Source: an uncultured delta proteobacterium | GTDB lineage: Bacteria > Myxococcota > B64-G9 | Length of the DNA: 64,000 bases | Assembly (NCBI GenBank): GCA_963754925.1 | Contig: CAVWHX010000003.1 | Span: 480,001 to 544,000 of the forward strand | Direction of reading: 5' to 3' | Shown: positions 20,580 through 31,072 of the stretch, piece after piece | How the letters are laid out: every line of letters starts with the position of its first letter | Numbering within the stretch: the stretch's first letter is position 1 | Notes under the pieces: generated by a model | What the model saw: the letters and a program-made list of their open reading frames with translations, nothing else | Told to the model about the DNA's origin: nothing | Database searches by the model: none | Made by a program: the position numbers and the translations under genes

Positions 20580-21548
20580 TCACGGAGTTACGGTCGATGG
20601 TTGCACTGCGAGGAACCGCCGCAGGTCGGCCACCGTGCGGGCGGGATCTTCCTCCTGCGGAATATGACCAAGGTCGTCGTACATAACCAGTTGACTGCCG
20701 TTGATGTCGCGATGGAACTGCTCGGCATATTCGGGCGGGATATAGTTGTCGCGCGCCCCCCACAGGATGAGCGTAGGCATCGTCAGCGTCTTAAGGCGTT
20801 CGACATCGGCCCCCGGGGTCGCCTGTGCAAAGCGATGGACCAACGCGGCGCGGTTGCCAGCGTGGAGCGATAGCTCGTAGTAGCGATCCACCACAGCTGT
20901 GGGTACCCGCGAAGGATCGCCGAACAAGTTACGAACGGAGGCTTCAATGATGCCGCGCGGTAAAAAGTGCTCGGTTATCCAGCTGAGCGATTTAATACGG
21001 GCAAATCGAAAACCCAGCGGCTCCGACCGGTGTGTTATGGCATAGCCGGATGCGTCCACCAGCACTAATTTATCCACCAGCAGAGGCTCGGTCACGGCCA
21101 CGTGCCAGGCGATGTTCCCGCCGAGCGAATTGCCGACCAGGACACACCGATGCACGCCCAGTGCGTTTAGAAAGCGCAGCATGAACTGGGTGTCAGCCTC
21201 GATGCTATAGTCGTTGTTGGGGTCGGGGTCGGTCAAACCGGAGCCGGGGAGGTCCATGCTGATAAGGCGGTGCTCAATCTTGAGCGCCGCCACCCAGCCC
21301 TCCCAGGTGTGCAGGCTTGATGACCGGCCATGTATTAAAATGATCGGGATTAAGTCGTCGGCCGGGCCCTCCTCCCGGTAATGCACGTTGAGTCCTTGCA
21401 GATCCAAAAACTTCGAAGGCGGCTGCGCCCAGCGGTCTTTAAGCTCCTGCGTTGATCGATCGGGGGCCCAGGTCAGGATCATACCGGCTCCCACCGCCAC
21501 CACAAATAGGATCAAAAGACCAATAAGAACTTTCAACAACGTTTTCAT
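20580..21548 (-). CDS. Membrane-anchored alpha/beta hydrolase
   Basis: N-terminal TM, LIHG, DLPGSG, GNSLGG, WGARD and GHIPQEE motifs. Confidence 0.9.
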   Translation of the reverse strand: MKTLLKVLIGLLILFVVAVGAGMILTWAPDRSTQELKDRWAQPPSKFLDLQGLNVHYREEGPADDLIPIILIHGRSSSLHTWEGWVAALKIEHRLISMDLPGSGLTDPDPNNDYSIEADTQFMLRFLNALGVHRCVLVGNSLGGNIAWHVAVTEPLLVDKLVLVDASGYAITHRSEPLGFRFARIKSLSWITEHFLPRGIIEASVRNLFGDPSRVPTAVVDRYYELSLHAGNRAALVHRFAQATPGADVERLKTLTMPTLILWGARDNYIPPEYAEQFHRDINGSQLVMYDDLGHIPQEEDPARTVADLRRFLAVQPSTVTP

Positions 21549-21599
21549 GGCTGTCTCCTTGGCACGAGGGATATAACCATTGTAGGTATCAGCTCTAAT

Positions 21600-22685
21600 T
21601 CATTTATACGGATTAAAATCCACGCCCCGACGCCTCCCGCGTTCGTCATACCAATCGTTTTCGGTGACCGGGGGCGACGCTACGTCCGTTGCATCTTTGT
21701 GGACCAGCCGGATCGCCTCTCCCGGACAGGTAGTTACACACAGGCCGCAACCAATGCACTTCTCCGGGATGATACGAGACGCATCCTCGCCGGACTCGAT
21801 AGCGTGAACCTGGCAACGTTCATCGGCGCAGGTCCCGCATGCGGTGCATTTATCTGAATCGATCACGGCGTAATAATGAGCATTGACCGCCTGCGAAGCC
21901 GGAATGCCCCTTTCGTTTATGGACCTTAGGACGCCGCAGCAACACTCACAGCAATTGCAGATATAGAACTGCCCGAACTGCACATTGCTGGTGAGATGCA
22001 CCAAACCAGCCTCCTCGCATTGTTTGAGTAACGCATAGGCCTCTTCCTTGGTGATGACGCGGCCGTGCGGCGAGTCGTCAAATACCTTGGGTATCGGGGC
22101 GACGGCCAAGCAAACCTGCATGGGTCGGCTGCAGGGTTTGCCGTTGAGGGCGCGCTCCTTTTTGCAGATGCAATCATTAACTAAAAAGGATTTGCTATTC
22201 TCGATGATGGCCGAGACTCTCTCATAGGGCAACGGTTCATTATCGGGAGCGATCAAGGTTTCAATGGGCAGGGTTTGCATCAATTGCGGTGTTTGAGTAT
22301 AGAACTGTTTCATAAAATCCGGTGCGTACTGCTCGCACAACTCCGCAAGCTCCTTATCGATACGCCCCAGTTGGAATTCATAGATTCCAAAAATCCAGGG
22401 GATCATTTTGAATAGGTGGGTCGTCTCCAGCTTGACGCCAAAGAGCTGCCCTTTATTCCCCATGGCGATCAGCCGCGCTTCCAGGCCATCCAACGGTCGG
22501 CCGGTACGAGCAGCAATTTTTTTAGCCGTCTCAAATTTCAGGCGCAAATCACAAAAGAGCTCCGCGTCCTCCGGGTCGAATATCTTCTTTAAGATCTTTA
22601 TCTCCACCCCGCTTTCAGTCGCCGGAAACCCGTTCGGTAAGGTATCGAGGACCTTCGCCAACTGGTGATATATTTCATCGGACAT
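21600..22685 (-). CDS. 4Fe-4S binding protein (paralog of 55421-56503)
   Basis: CICK, ICNCCECCC and two C-terminal ferredoxin motifs (CTACGTC, CIGCGLCVTTCP). Confidence 0.88.
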   Translation of the reverse strand: MSDEIYHQLAKVLDTLPNGFPATESGVEIKILKKIFDPEDAELFCDLRLKFETAKKIAARTGRPLDGLEARLIAMGNKGQLFGVKLETTHLFKMIPWIFGIYEFQLGRIDKELAELCEQYAPDFMKQFYTQTPQLMQTLPIETLIAPDNEPLPYERVSAIIENSKSFLVNDCICKKERALNGKPCSRPMQVCLAVAPIPKVFDDSPHGRVITKEEAYALLKQCEEAGLVHLTSNVQFGQFYICNCCECCCGVLRSINERGIPASQAVNAHYYAVIDSDKCTACGTCADERCQVHAIESGEDASRIIPEKCIGCGLCVTTCPGEAIRLVHKDATDVASPPVTENDWYDERGRRRGVDFNPYK

Positions 22686-22778
22686 AAATCAGTGCCTCCG
22701 GTGATATCGAATAGATTCTCTCAATCCATCAGGGACGGTGTCCCGGCCGCCCCATCACGGTTGGTCTAAGGCTCATAA

Positions 22779-23303
22779 TCAGTTGGACTGTTGATGTTGA
22801 AACGGCACCGTGCTCTTGATAACCGGGGCCGCATTGCATGCGGGTACGAGCGGCGGCTGTTGTATCACTCCTTCTAGCCGCACTTCCTTGGCAGTGCTTA
22901 CGGCCGCCTTCACTAAGTCTGAAATTTGTGGATTTGATTCGCTGTTGATTGATGTTATCACCCCGTCTGAAAACGTAACACTCAGTTTCCCGCTTGAAAA
23001 GGCCGATGGTTTGTTCAATAGGATTCGGGGCTCGTTGAAGTTTGGCTCAATGACCAGCTCTTGTTTCTGAATAATTCTAGCACAGGCACCGCTATCCGCT
23101 GTTCCTATCAAGTTGCCCTTTTCTATCAACGCGGTGAACTCGTAGGTTATAAGCACTTGGTGCGGTTCGTAGTAGACGATGCCTTCCACGGACTCACCGA
23201 CCGGCCGCCACGCACCGGCATCAAATTTACTGGTCTTGAACGTCGAGGAACAAGCGATACCAGAGATGCTGAAAAGAATTATCGCAAAGATACGTTTAGT
23301 CAT
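22779..23303 (-). CDS. Hypothetical lipoprotein
   Basis: GGAGG RBS before MTKRIFAIILFSISGIAC lipobox; no family recognised. Confidence 0.65.
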   Translation of the reverse strand: MTKRIFAIILFSISGIACSSTFKTSKFDAGAWRPVGESVEGIVYYEPHQVLITYEFTALIEKGNLIGTADSGACARIIQKQELVIEPNFNEPRILLNKPSAFSSGKLSVTFSDGVITSINSESNPQISDLVKAAVSTAKEVRLEGVIQQPPLVPACNAAPVIKSTVPFQHQQSN

Positions 23304-23377
23304 GCTGCCTCCTTTATTCTGCCCACCAATCTTGGCAGACAACGAGGTTTTGTACAAGCGTGAAGAACAACCGATTA

Positions 23378-25432
23378 CTAAGGCGTGCTTACCTTCTCAA
23401 GAAACGCGCCGATGAGGGGAAATACCTCGGTAGGGGACTTGAGACCAATGACGAGATCAGCATGGGCCGTGCCCTGGATGATATGAATTTCATCGTTCGG
23501 ATTGGGTGTCTTTTTTGCCATGATAGTGGGGATGACGATACTCGGGTCTACGAGAGCACCCGCATCCGAGAGAATCGCGATGGTCGGAGCCGTTATTTTG
23601 CCCATATTCTCGCTGTAATAGTAGTACCCGTCGTTTCCAGGGTTCGGCGTCGGCGGTTCAACAAGAGCTTGGTTTTCAGCCCCATTCTGGTAGCACTCTC
23701 GAACAACTTTATGGAGACCGTTGTCAGCGTATTGGGCATAATTTTTCAGGCTCGAGCTGGACATAGCATAGCGTGCCGTGTAATCCTCCACATAAGGGTC
23801 GGTATCGGTGAGGTCCCAGAAGGCAAAATAATGCAACACATTGTCCGGCACACCATATTGAGTGAAAAGAGCATCCAGTTGAGCCATTCCGTTGAATATC
23901 ACATCGGTTACCGAGAGAAGCGTATCCGAGGGCGTATACATCAAAATACTTTCCGCAAGTTCATCAAGGGGAAGATACATCTTGGTCGCCAAAATCGTCC
24001 ATAACTGCGGTATATCGAGATAACTGGGCATTGGCGGCTGACCGGCGGGGTCTAAAAGGATTAAGCCTTTGATAGAGCTGTTTCGCGCCTGGGCCAACGC
24101 GGCATCACCCTTTACGTGCGGGAGATAGCCGGCATCATAGGCTGCTTTATACGCCGCGACTTTGTCTGCGGCTCCGCCATAGTCCATATAGGCTCCCTGA
24201 AGATAACCGATGGTGCAAAATCCCCCGGTGCTATGACCTCCGATGACCGGCTTCATACCAGTGACGCTGCTCACCTTGTCAATCACGGCTGGCGCATCGA
24301 GCGTTATCCAGTTATCAAGTGAAGTAATAGTTAAATTGTGAACCGTGCCAGAGTCGGTCCGATAGACCCCGCGGCCGGTATTGCGGTAGTTGGCAAACCA
24401 CGGATCATAACCCTTGAGCCACAGATAAAAGGCCAGGCTGTAGTACTTAACAGGATCTACTATAAGGTGTCTCTCCCACACCGGACTGCCCTGGGTATCG
24501 TATATGAGGTTTCCATTGGCATCGCGGGCAATGGCCCAGTCGGCTATTGCACTGGGCAACGTCATCGCACTATACGAGGATTGCTGCTCTGCTGGGGTGT
24601 GGACCGTAAAAAAGTTCAGGTTTGCGTTGATGCCATTAAGAATAACAACCGGTTGCTTACCGATGCGGAACTCATCGTTCAAGGTGGGTCGATAGCGCAT
24701 GATCTGAACCTCGACGCCGTCATCGGCAACGGCAACATAGTGATCGGGATCGGTCACGAGTTTCTCGCATTCGTCAAGCATAGGATCAGCCACCGGCGTC
24801 TTGGCGCTCGTCATGGTCGAATCCAAGGTAATGACGCTCCCGCCAAGAAGCGGTATATCGGCCGGTATCGTCATATTGATCGCTTGCTGGATGCTGAGGC
24901 CAGTGCCATTGACTAAGAGGCTGATCAGGCTGCTGAGGGTAATTTTGGTCTTGGCGTCGACCATGAGCGTGAGCGGAATGGGAGGCAGCAGCATCGATAT
25001 GTTCGGATCCGCCGATCTCGTCTCAATGGGGATGGTCAGCTCGAAGGTAGCCCGTTGAGTGATCAAGGGATCCATATAGGCAATGCCGCCCGCTTCCTCG
25101 CCCACCGGTATGTACGAACAAAGGGTGCCGCTCGGGATCGAGCCGAGATTTATTGAACTGCCTGCGGTCATGAAACTGTCAACCTGAACGGTGGCTGGCG
25201 TGCCATTAATCGTAAGCAGCTTGGTGGTATCGATGATGACGGTCGTCTCCACGTTGCCCACAACCTTGCTTACGACCGACCCCCCGCCTAACGCGGCCGG
25301 AAGCTGGATCGTCATGGTATTGTTCCCCGCCGGATCTATTACCAGCAATGTCGGAAGGCTTATCTTTCCACATGCAGAAACAAGCATCGCGCTCATAAGC
25401 ATTACGGTGCACATCCTTCTTTCCTTCCTCAT
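23378..25432 (-). CDS. Lipoprotein alpha/beta hydrolase, acid-lipase-like (paralog 1)
   Basis: Lipobox VSAC; SLAFYLWLKGYDPW, DAPAVIDKV, GHSTGG, LLDPAG and AHADL motifs. Confidence 0.82.
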   Translation of the reverse strand: MRKERRMCTVMLMSAMLVSACGKISLPTLLVIDPAGNNTMTIQLPAALGGGSVVSKVVGNVETTVIIDTTKLLTINGTPATVQVDSFMTAGSSINLGSIPSGTLCSYIPVGEEAGGIAYMDPLITQRATFELTIPIETRSADPNISMLLPPIPLTLMVDAKTKITLSSLISLLVNGTGLSIQQAINMTIPADIPLLGGSVITLDSTMTSAKTPVADPMLDECEKLVTDPDHYVAVADDGVEVQIMRYRPTLNDEFRIGKQPVVILNGINANLNFFTVHTPAEQQSSYSAMTLPSAIADWAIARDANGNLIYDTQGSPVWERHLIVDPVKYYSLAFYLWLKGYDPWFANYRNTGRGVYRTDSGTVHNLTITSLDNWITLDAPAVIDKVSSVTGMKPVIGGHSTGGFCTIGYLQGAYMDYGGAADKVAAYKAAYDAGYLPHVKGDAALAQARNSSIKGLILLDPAGQPPMPSYLDIPQLWTILATKMYLPLDELAESILMYTPSDTLLSVTDVIFNGMAQLDALFTQYGVPDNVLHYFAFWDLTDTDPYVEDYTARYAMSSSSLKNYAQYADNGLHKVVRECYQNGAENQALVEPPTPNPGNDGYYYYSENMGKITAPTIAILSDAGALVDPSIVIPTIMAKKTPNPNDEIHIIQGTAHADLVIGLKSPTEVFPLIGAFLEKVSTP

Positions 25433-25592
25433 AGCATTCCTCCTGGTTCATGGTTGTATACCAATGGGTAGCGTTTTATTTTCTTCCCGGTATCCATCAC
25501 ACGAATAAGATTCGAATACGTCTGAGGCGCTTCACGTCCTTGGCTAGAGGGCGCATAACACATGCCCGTCTCTTCTGAAGTGATGCACAAGA

Positions 25593-25707
25593 AGAAAGAT
25601 CTTTTTTCGATCCTCTTCAAAGAACCTTCAATCGCCAGATTTAAGAGCGTACAACTGACACGTTGTCTTATGAGCGCCTTTAAATTAGTTCACAGACAGA
25701 ATGTCAA
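25593..25707 (-). promoter_or_regulatory. Conserved 115 bp promoter/leader block of paralog 1
   Basis: Same length as and visibly homologous to 37263-37377; starts with TTGACA on the minus strand. Confidence 0.6.
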
Positions 25708-25928
25708 TGAAAAAAAATCACCCTATAGTTGTAATATTTTTGTATGAGTGTTGCTTATTGGGATTATGCCGGGTTCTAGCACTCCTCATAAATCCCTTGT
25801 ACTTTTCGGAGTACCGTTTAAGGGTTAACACCATCATCGATGTAACCGTGACCTCAGATCTTGGGTGAGTCGGATCTGAGGAGGTGACGTCGAAAACCAA
25901 ATTGAAAACTAAGGGGCTTGGGAAAAAG

Positions 25929-27818
25929 ATGAGAATTCGTCATTGGATAATGGCTTTCGTACTGCTGGTGATGGTGGGTGCAGCGGTCATGGGCTTGGTC
26001 TTAACCCAGGATTCAGGGCAACCGGCGACTGCCGGGGGAACTCAAACGGGAAAAAACGGGCGCCCGGATAACGCGCCGATTCAAATAGAGCGTCTAGTGG
26101 ACATGCAGCCCTATTTGACCGCGCGCAGAATGGCCGCCCTCGCCACCACACCGGAAGAACAGGAATTCGCTCGCCAGGCGGTCCGCCTGGCCAACCATTC
26201 CGTTGATCTCGCTTTCACCGACGCCCTGCTCCGCGTGACCGAGAATCCACCCGAGCCAACACCCGAAATCAAGGAACTTGTCTCCATAAAGGATACGGCT
26301 GAAGAGGCCGTCGAGGCCGATCAGCAGCTCATCAAGCAGCTTACCAAGCGGATTGCCGCGGCGTCCGAAACGGAAAAAGACAGCTTGGAAGACCAGCTGG
26401 AAGTGGCCAAGGCGAAACTGGAACTTGCCCAGGATGAACTGGACGAGGCCTCAAGCGACTTGGAGCGCGCCGGAGGAGACCCCCAGGCCAAAATCCGCCG
26501 CTTGAAGGCGGTGCATGAGGCCGCCGACAAGGAAACGCCGGCCAACGTTCCCTCCCCGGCGGACGTTTCGTCCTTCCGATTCTCGGCCGGCAGCCTCTTT
26601 GAAAAATACCGCGCGTGGTCCGAGCGGCGCGACCAGCTGGCTCTTCTGGCCAAGGCGCAGCAGGATGCGCAGGAAAAGGCTCAACGCATCGATGAACGGC
26701 GCAAGAAAGTCTCCGAGATTATGAAAACACAGGCGGAAGCCCGTCAGGCGGCCAAACAGTCGGCGGCCGGATTCGCCCAGGGAGGCGCGGCGGAGAGCGG
26801 TGTCTCGTCAAAGGAAACTGCGACTGCCACGCTCTCTTCCCTCAAGCGTTTCATGAGCGACCAACGTACGATCACTGACCTGGGCAAGCGCATTCAGGAT
26901 CAGCAGGAATTAGCCGGCGTGTACGCGGGTTGGATCTCCCTAGTGGAGACCCACGAACGCGCGGCGTTGCACCGCATGATTGAGGGACTGCTTCTGATCC
27001 TGTCGACGTTGTTTGTTATCTTCATCGCAAGCCGCCTGATTGAACTCCTGTTTTATCGGGCGGGGGCGGAAAAGATTCGCGTCGGCACCATGCGGACGGT
27101 GGTGAAGTTCGTGGTTCAGATTGTGGGCGTGCTCGTCATCATCTTCACACTCCTGGGCGTCCCCAGCCAAACGACGACCATCCTCGGACTAGCGGGCGCC
27201 GGTCTCACGGTCGCCATGAAGGATTTCATCGTCGCCTTCTTCGGCTGGTTTGTGTTGATAGGTAAAAACGGCATCAACGTCGGCGACTGGGTCGAGATCA
27301 ACGGCGTGGCCGGGGAAGTCGTCGATATCGGGCTGCTGCGCACGGTGCTGCTCGAGACCGGTAGCCTGGGCGACTCCGGGCATCCCACCGGCCGTCGGGT
27401 TACGTTTGTAAACAGCTTCGCCATCGAAGGACACTATTTCAACTTCTCAACATCGGGGCAATGGATGTGGGACGAACTGCAGGTACTGATCCCAACCGGG
27501 CAGGATCCGTTTCCGATCATCGACGGCGTCCATAACCTGGTGAAGGAAAAGACCGAAGCCAACACCAAGCTCGCGGAACAAGAATGGCAGAAAACGACCG
27601 CCCGCTACCGGGTGAAGGCGTTCACAACCCTGCCCGGCATCAACATGGTGCCGACGGACAAGGGCGTCGAGATTCGCGTGCGCTACATCACCCGCGCCCA
27701 TGAGAGCCACGAAACGCGCCGTAACCTGTACCATGCCATCGTCGAGCTCATGCACGGCAAACAAAAAGAAGAAACGGGCTCTCCCGTCTCTCGTGTAGAA
27801 CCTGAAACGGTATCATAG
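25929..27818 (+). CDS. MscS-family mechanosensitive channel with a large coiled-coil N-terminal domain
   Basis: GLAGAGLTVAMKD...INVGDWVEINGVAGEVVDIGL core preceded by a long Ala/Glu/Lys/Gln-rich helical region. Confidence 0.88.
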   Translation: MRIRHWIMAFVLLVMVGAAVMGLVLTQDSGQPATAGGTQTGKNGRPDNAPIQIERLVDMQPYLTARRMAALATTPEEQEFARQAVRLANHSVDLAFTDALLRVTENPPEPTPEIKELVSIKDTAEEAVEADQQLIKQLTKRIAAASETEKDSLEDQLEVAKAKLELAQDELDEASSDLERAGGDPQAKIRRLKAVHEAADKETPANVPSPADVSSFRFSAGSLFEKYRAWSERRDQLALLAKAQQDAQEKAQRIDERRKKVSEIMKTQAEARQAAKQSAAGFAQGGAAESGVSSKETATATLSSLKRFMSDQRTITDLGKRIQDQQELAGVYAGWISLVETHERAALHRMIEGLLLILSTLFVIFIASRLIELLFYRAGAEKIRVGTMRTVVKFVVQIVGVLVIIFTLLGVPSQTTTILGLAGAGLTVAMKDFIVAFFGWFVLIGKNGINVGDWVEINGVAGEVVDIGLLRTVLLETGSLGDSGHPTGRRVTFVNSFAIEGHYFNFSTSGQWMWDELQVLIPTGQDPFPIIDGVHNLVKEKTEANTKLAEQEWQKTTARYRVKAFTTLPGINMVPTDKGVEIRVRYITRAHESHETRRNLYHAIVELMHGKQKEETGSPVSRVEPETVS

Positions 27819-27871
27819 ACAATAAGTGCATTTTTCATTGCGTATCCTTCATGAGGTCCATTGAACTCAAT

Positions 27872-28502
27872 TTAGTCCTTTGCCGCACTAAGAATCTTCT
27901 TTGCTTCCATTTTCTCGGCGCGATCGAAGAAAATGTTCTTTCCCGTAGCAGAGAGGAATCCCCAATATCAGATCGCATGGTTTTAGTAATCCCAAGCGTA
28001 ACGCTGCAACGCCGACTTTCTGCATCATGCGATTGTCGACATTATTATCCATGGCTGTTTTTACAGCCGAGCCCGCCGCAATGCTCAAATCCATGATCCG
28101 ATACATACAATACGGACCCGAAAACCCTCCCCCCTTGATTGAGAGCGGCTTTTGCTTAAGCATTTCCGAACAAGTTGAGAAACCACATCCTCCACAATTG
28201 ATGGTAACTACTTTGCGTCCTTGGACTCCAATAAGAAACAAAAGACCTGAGTTCTCCACCGCTTGCGCATCGCTCATCCAATCAATTCGGGTAGCGACTC
28301 CCCGTTTTAAGTTCGTTTTAGAGTAGGCTTTTTCTTTCATCTTCCCCAGCCGCTGCATCATTCTAGAAATATCCTTCTTTTCTTTTACTGTTGCTATTTC
28401 TGTTGTTATCCAATCCGCTCCACCTGTTTTCGGCGCCGTTCGTGCTGCAATCGCCATCAGTTGAGCGACGATCGTTAAACCCTCTTTATCAAGCGCGTTC
28501 AT
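27872..28502 (-). CDS. DUF2148-like ferredoxin-domain protein; 2-nt deletion at ~27950
   Basis: AARTAPK, NCGGCGFSTC, DLSIAAGSA and VDNRMM motifs; restoring CT in the (CT)n run gives GIPLSATGKNIFFDR and a stop at 27872. Confidence 0.82.
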
Positions 28503-28633
28503 AATTGCCCCACCGATAATAAAAATTAATTAATTTCGAGTGATTGAGTAGAGTTGCAAACCTCTCGATCCAACGTCTGATGCTGTTAATACCGAGGATC
28601 AGGTACTCATGGAAGCGGGCACGCACACAATGA

Positions 28634-29140
28634 CTAAAATTCAAAACTCAACACCACGTCCTTTTTTTCTTTATTCAGCATATCCGGTTTAAGCGTGGAC
28701 TCGAGCGTGCCGTGGACGATGGACTTAGGACCAACCGAGGTAATCTTGAGGGCCATGGCGCCGACCGGCGGCGACAGTTTCTTGGGTCCGAACATCGGGG
28801 GCTTCGTGCTGGCGGTGGCGCTAAAGCTGTTGCCGTCCTTGTCGTGCTTGTCGCGGGCCATGAGCGAAACGCTATCCACGTCGTTGATGGTGTAGATCTT
28901 GTTGAGCACCGGCTGGCCCTCAAAGGAGACCGTCCCACCGAAATCCACCGGCAGGCTGCTGCTTCCGCCAAGGACCAGTATCCAACCGTTGAGATTCTGT
29001 AACTCGGCCCTGCAGGCAAACGACTTCTCCAGACCGCCCGTGATCTTCACCGTGCAGGAACCCTCGTCCTTAGCAGTAGCGATAACCGCGGGCATGAACG
29101 CCAAAGCAAAAACTGCCAACAGGATACGTATGTTGTTCAT
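28634..29140 (-). CDS. Hypothetical secreted protein
   Basis: Signal peptide, GGGAG RBS, beta-rich mature region ending in F. Confidence 0.7.
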   Translation of the reverse strand: MNNIRILLAVFALAFMPAVIATAKDEGSCTVKITGGLEKSFACRAELQNLNGWILVLGGSSSLPVDFGGTVSFEGQPVLNKIYTINDVDSVSLMARDKHDKDGNSFSATASTKPPMFGPKKLSPPVGAMALKITSVGPKSIVHGTLESTLKPDMLNKEKKDVVLSFEF

Positions 29141-29281
29141 TGGTATATCTCCCTCGTTCGTTAGGTATGTCGTGCCCGGACCGTAGCACGATGCTGGTGC
29201 AAAAACAAACAGCTCCTTAGGGGACGCTTCCGCAGTTTGTCTCGCGACCAGGAAGATTTGGGGTACTTTTCAGTTAGGCCA

Positions 29282-30547
29282 TCACGGAACACAGGTTGCA
29301 CCCGTGCAATGTGTCAGGACTGTGGCACAGGGCACGTCACCGGGCAGCTTAATAAGAGTTACCGGAACAGCGCTGGAATTAGGCACGACGTTGAGTACTC
29401 CCGTCGCACCGTCCGTGCTGCCGAAGATGTAGCCGTTTATCGGGAAGCTGGTAGTGCCGCTGATGGTGTTCGCGTCGGTCAGCACCATATTGGCCATCGA
29501 TATATTCATGGTCAGACCAGCATACGCAGTGAGGTTCAGCGCCCCATTAACAAGGTGGATCGTGAGCGTGATGCCACAAATGCCATCGCCGTCCGAATCA
29601 ACCATTCCGCAAGGGCAATCAAAGAGGGAATAGGTTGGTATCGGACTGATAGCCAGACAACCCACCGGGAGAGATCCACCCCAACCGCTGTTGATCGTGA
29701 AGCTCGGGAACGCAACGGTGTCGCCCACTTGGTAACACTTATACGCCTCCGATGCCGACCCGGTCAGCGACGCAAGCACCGCTGCCGAGTAGTCGACGCT
29801 AAACGGGATGGGACTAGTGGCGGTGGTACTCAGCGCGCAGATCTCAACCTTTGCGGTTTGAGTACCACTCGAGTTGGAGATAACCATCCGCTGTACAACA
29901 TCGATGCTGGCGCCGGTGAGCGTACCAACCGGGCTTGGCGCAGTAATGGTGCCCGTGGTCGTAAGGCGTGTGATCCATGTACCCGACAAAAAGGACGCGC
30001 AGCAAGGAATCATCCGGCAAGCAGAGTCGCAACAAGCGATGTTAGGCGGCTCACACTCTTCGCCGGTCTCGACCACGCCATTACCGCAGCAGGGTGTAAT
30101 CGCCGCGTTCACACATTGGGCCGTGCAGGTTCCGGCATTCTGCAACGTTGAGGTCGTGCAAGCATCGGGAGCAGTGCAGTTCGTTGGGCATGCGCCTGGT
30201 TGACCGGCCGGAATTGCGGTGTCGCAGGTCTCGCCGGTGTCCACCACCCCATTGCCGCAAGCGCAGGGCAAGATCGAGCACATCGCCGTACAGGTACCGG
30301 GGTTCACTAACATGCCGCTTGTGCAAGGATTGCCGTCACCGCAACTTACTGGGCACGCGCCCGGTTGACCAGCAGCGATTGCAATGTCACAGGTCTCCCC
30401 GGAATCCACCACACCGTTACCACATTTGTCAGCGGTCGGACAATCACCCAACAAGCAGGGAAGATTGATTGTACCGCAGGCTGAAAAGAGCGCTGCGCTC
30501 ATCACCATAACGGCTGCCAAGAAACCAATCCTTCTTTCCTTTTTCAT
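29282..30547 (-). CDS. Cys-rich repeat lipoprotein (myxobacterial CGNGVVDxGETCD / DUF4215-like)
   Basis: Lipobox FSAC; three CGNGVV(D/E)xGExC(D/E) repeats; Thr/Ser-rich C-terminal domain. Confidence 0.82.
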   Translation of the reverse strand: MKKERRIGFLAAVMVMSAALFSACGTINLPCLLGDCPTADKCGNGVVDSGETCDIAIAAGQPGACPVSCGDGNPCTSGMLVNPGTCTAMCSILPCACGNGVVDTGETCDTAIPAGQPGACPTNCTAPDACTTSTLQNAGTCTAQCVNAAITPCCGNGVVETGEECEPPNIACCDSACRMIPCCASFLSGTWITRLTTTGTITAPSPVGTLTGASIDVVQRMVISNSSGTQTAKVEICALSTTATSPIPFSVDYSAAVLASLTGSASEAYKCYQVGDTVAFPSFTINSGWGGSLPVGCLAISPIPTYSLFDCPCGMVDSDGDGICGITLTIHLVNGALNLTAYAGLTMNISMANMVLTDANTISGTTSFPINGYIFGSTDGATGVLNVVPNSSAVPVTLIKLPGDVPCATVLTHCTGATCVP

Positions 30548-31072
30548 GGCATTCCTCCTAGGTTATGACTTGAATCTATGAACAGGCGGTCGAACTCGTC
30601 GGCCACCTCTGAGTCCGTACGATTGTTCTGTTCGACAAAATCCAACTATCTCACCTCGTCAGTTCCAAGGATGTACGAGATGATTTGGCTTGTATCGAAG
30701 TAGTGCGCGAGCGCGAACTGACTCTTATCGTTTGATTTGAAGATCAGAAAAATACAGCCTGTATATGAGAACTAGATAGAACACTTTATCTTTTCAGAGT
30801 CAATAGAAAACTTCGGTGAAGAAGTTATGGAGAGAACCAAGAGAACAGTTCACGCTTTCCGGGGATGGTTTATTTCTTAGAGAGCGAAAAGGTTCCCGGG
30901 CTATCAATCGAGATGTCGCCGGACATGGAAGTATTGTTGCTCAGGGTGCCGTCGAAATTCAGGAACACTAACCCACCGGTTGCACATTGACGATGACACT
31001 GAGTTCCAGCTCAACAGATTCAGGAGGCCCCACCGAGTCCGGAATAGATGGAAGAAATTTTCAAATATTTAT

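Noticed and set aside
29160..29280. Structured leader (ACAAAC/GTTTGT and TCGTGC/GCACGA stems) as a riboswitch
   Set aside because: No riboswitch consensus recognised; stems are short.
30870..30977. Coding-like fragment GGLVFLNFDGTLSNNTSMSGDISIDSPGTFSLSKK on the minus strand
   Set aside because: May be a gene remnant, but it has no start and no assignable family.
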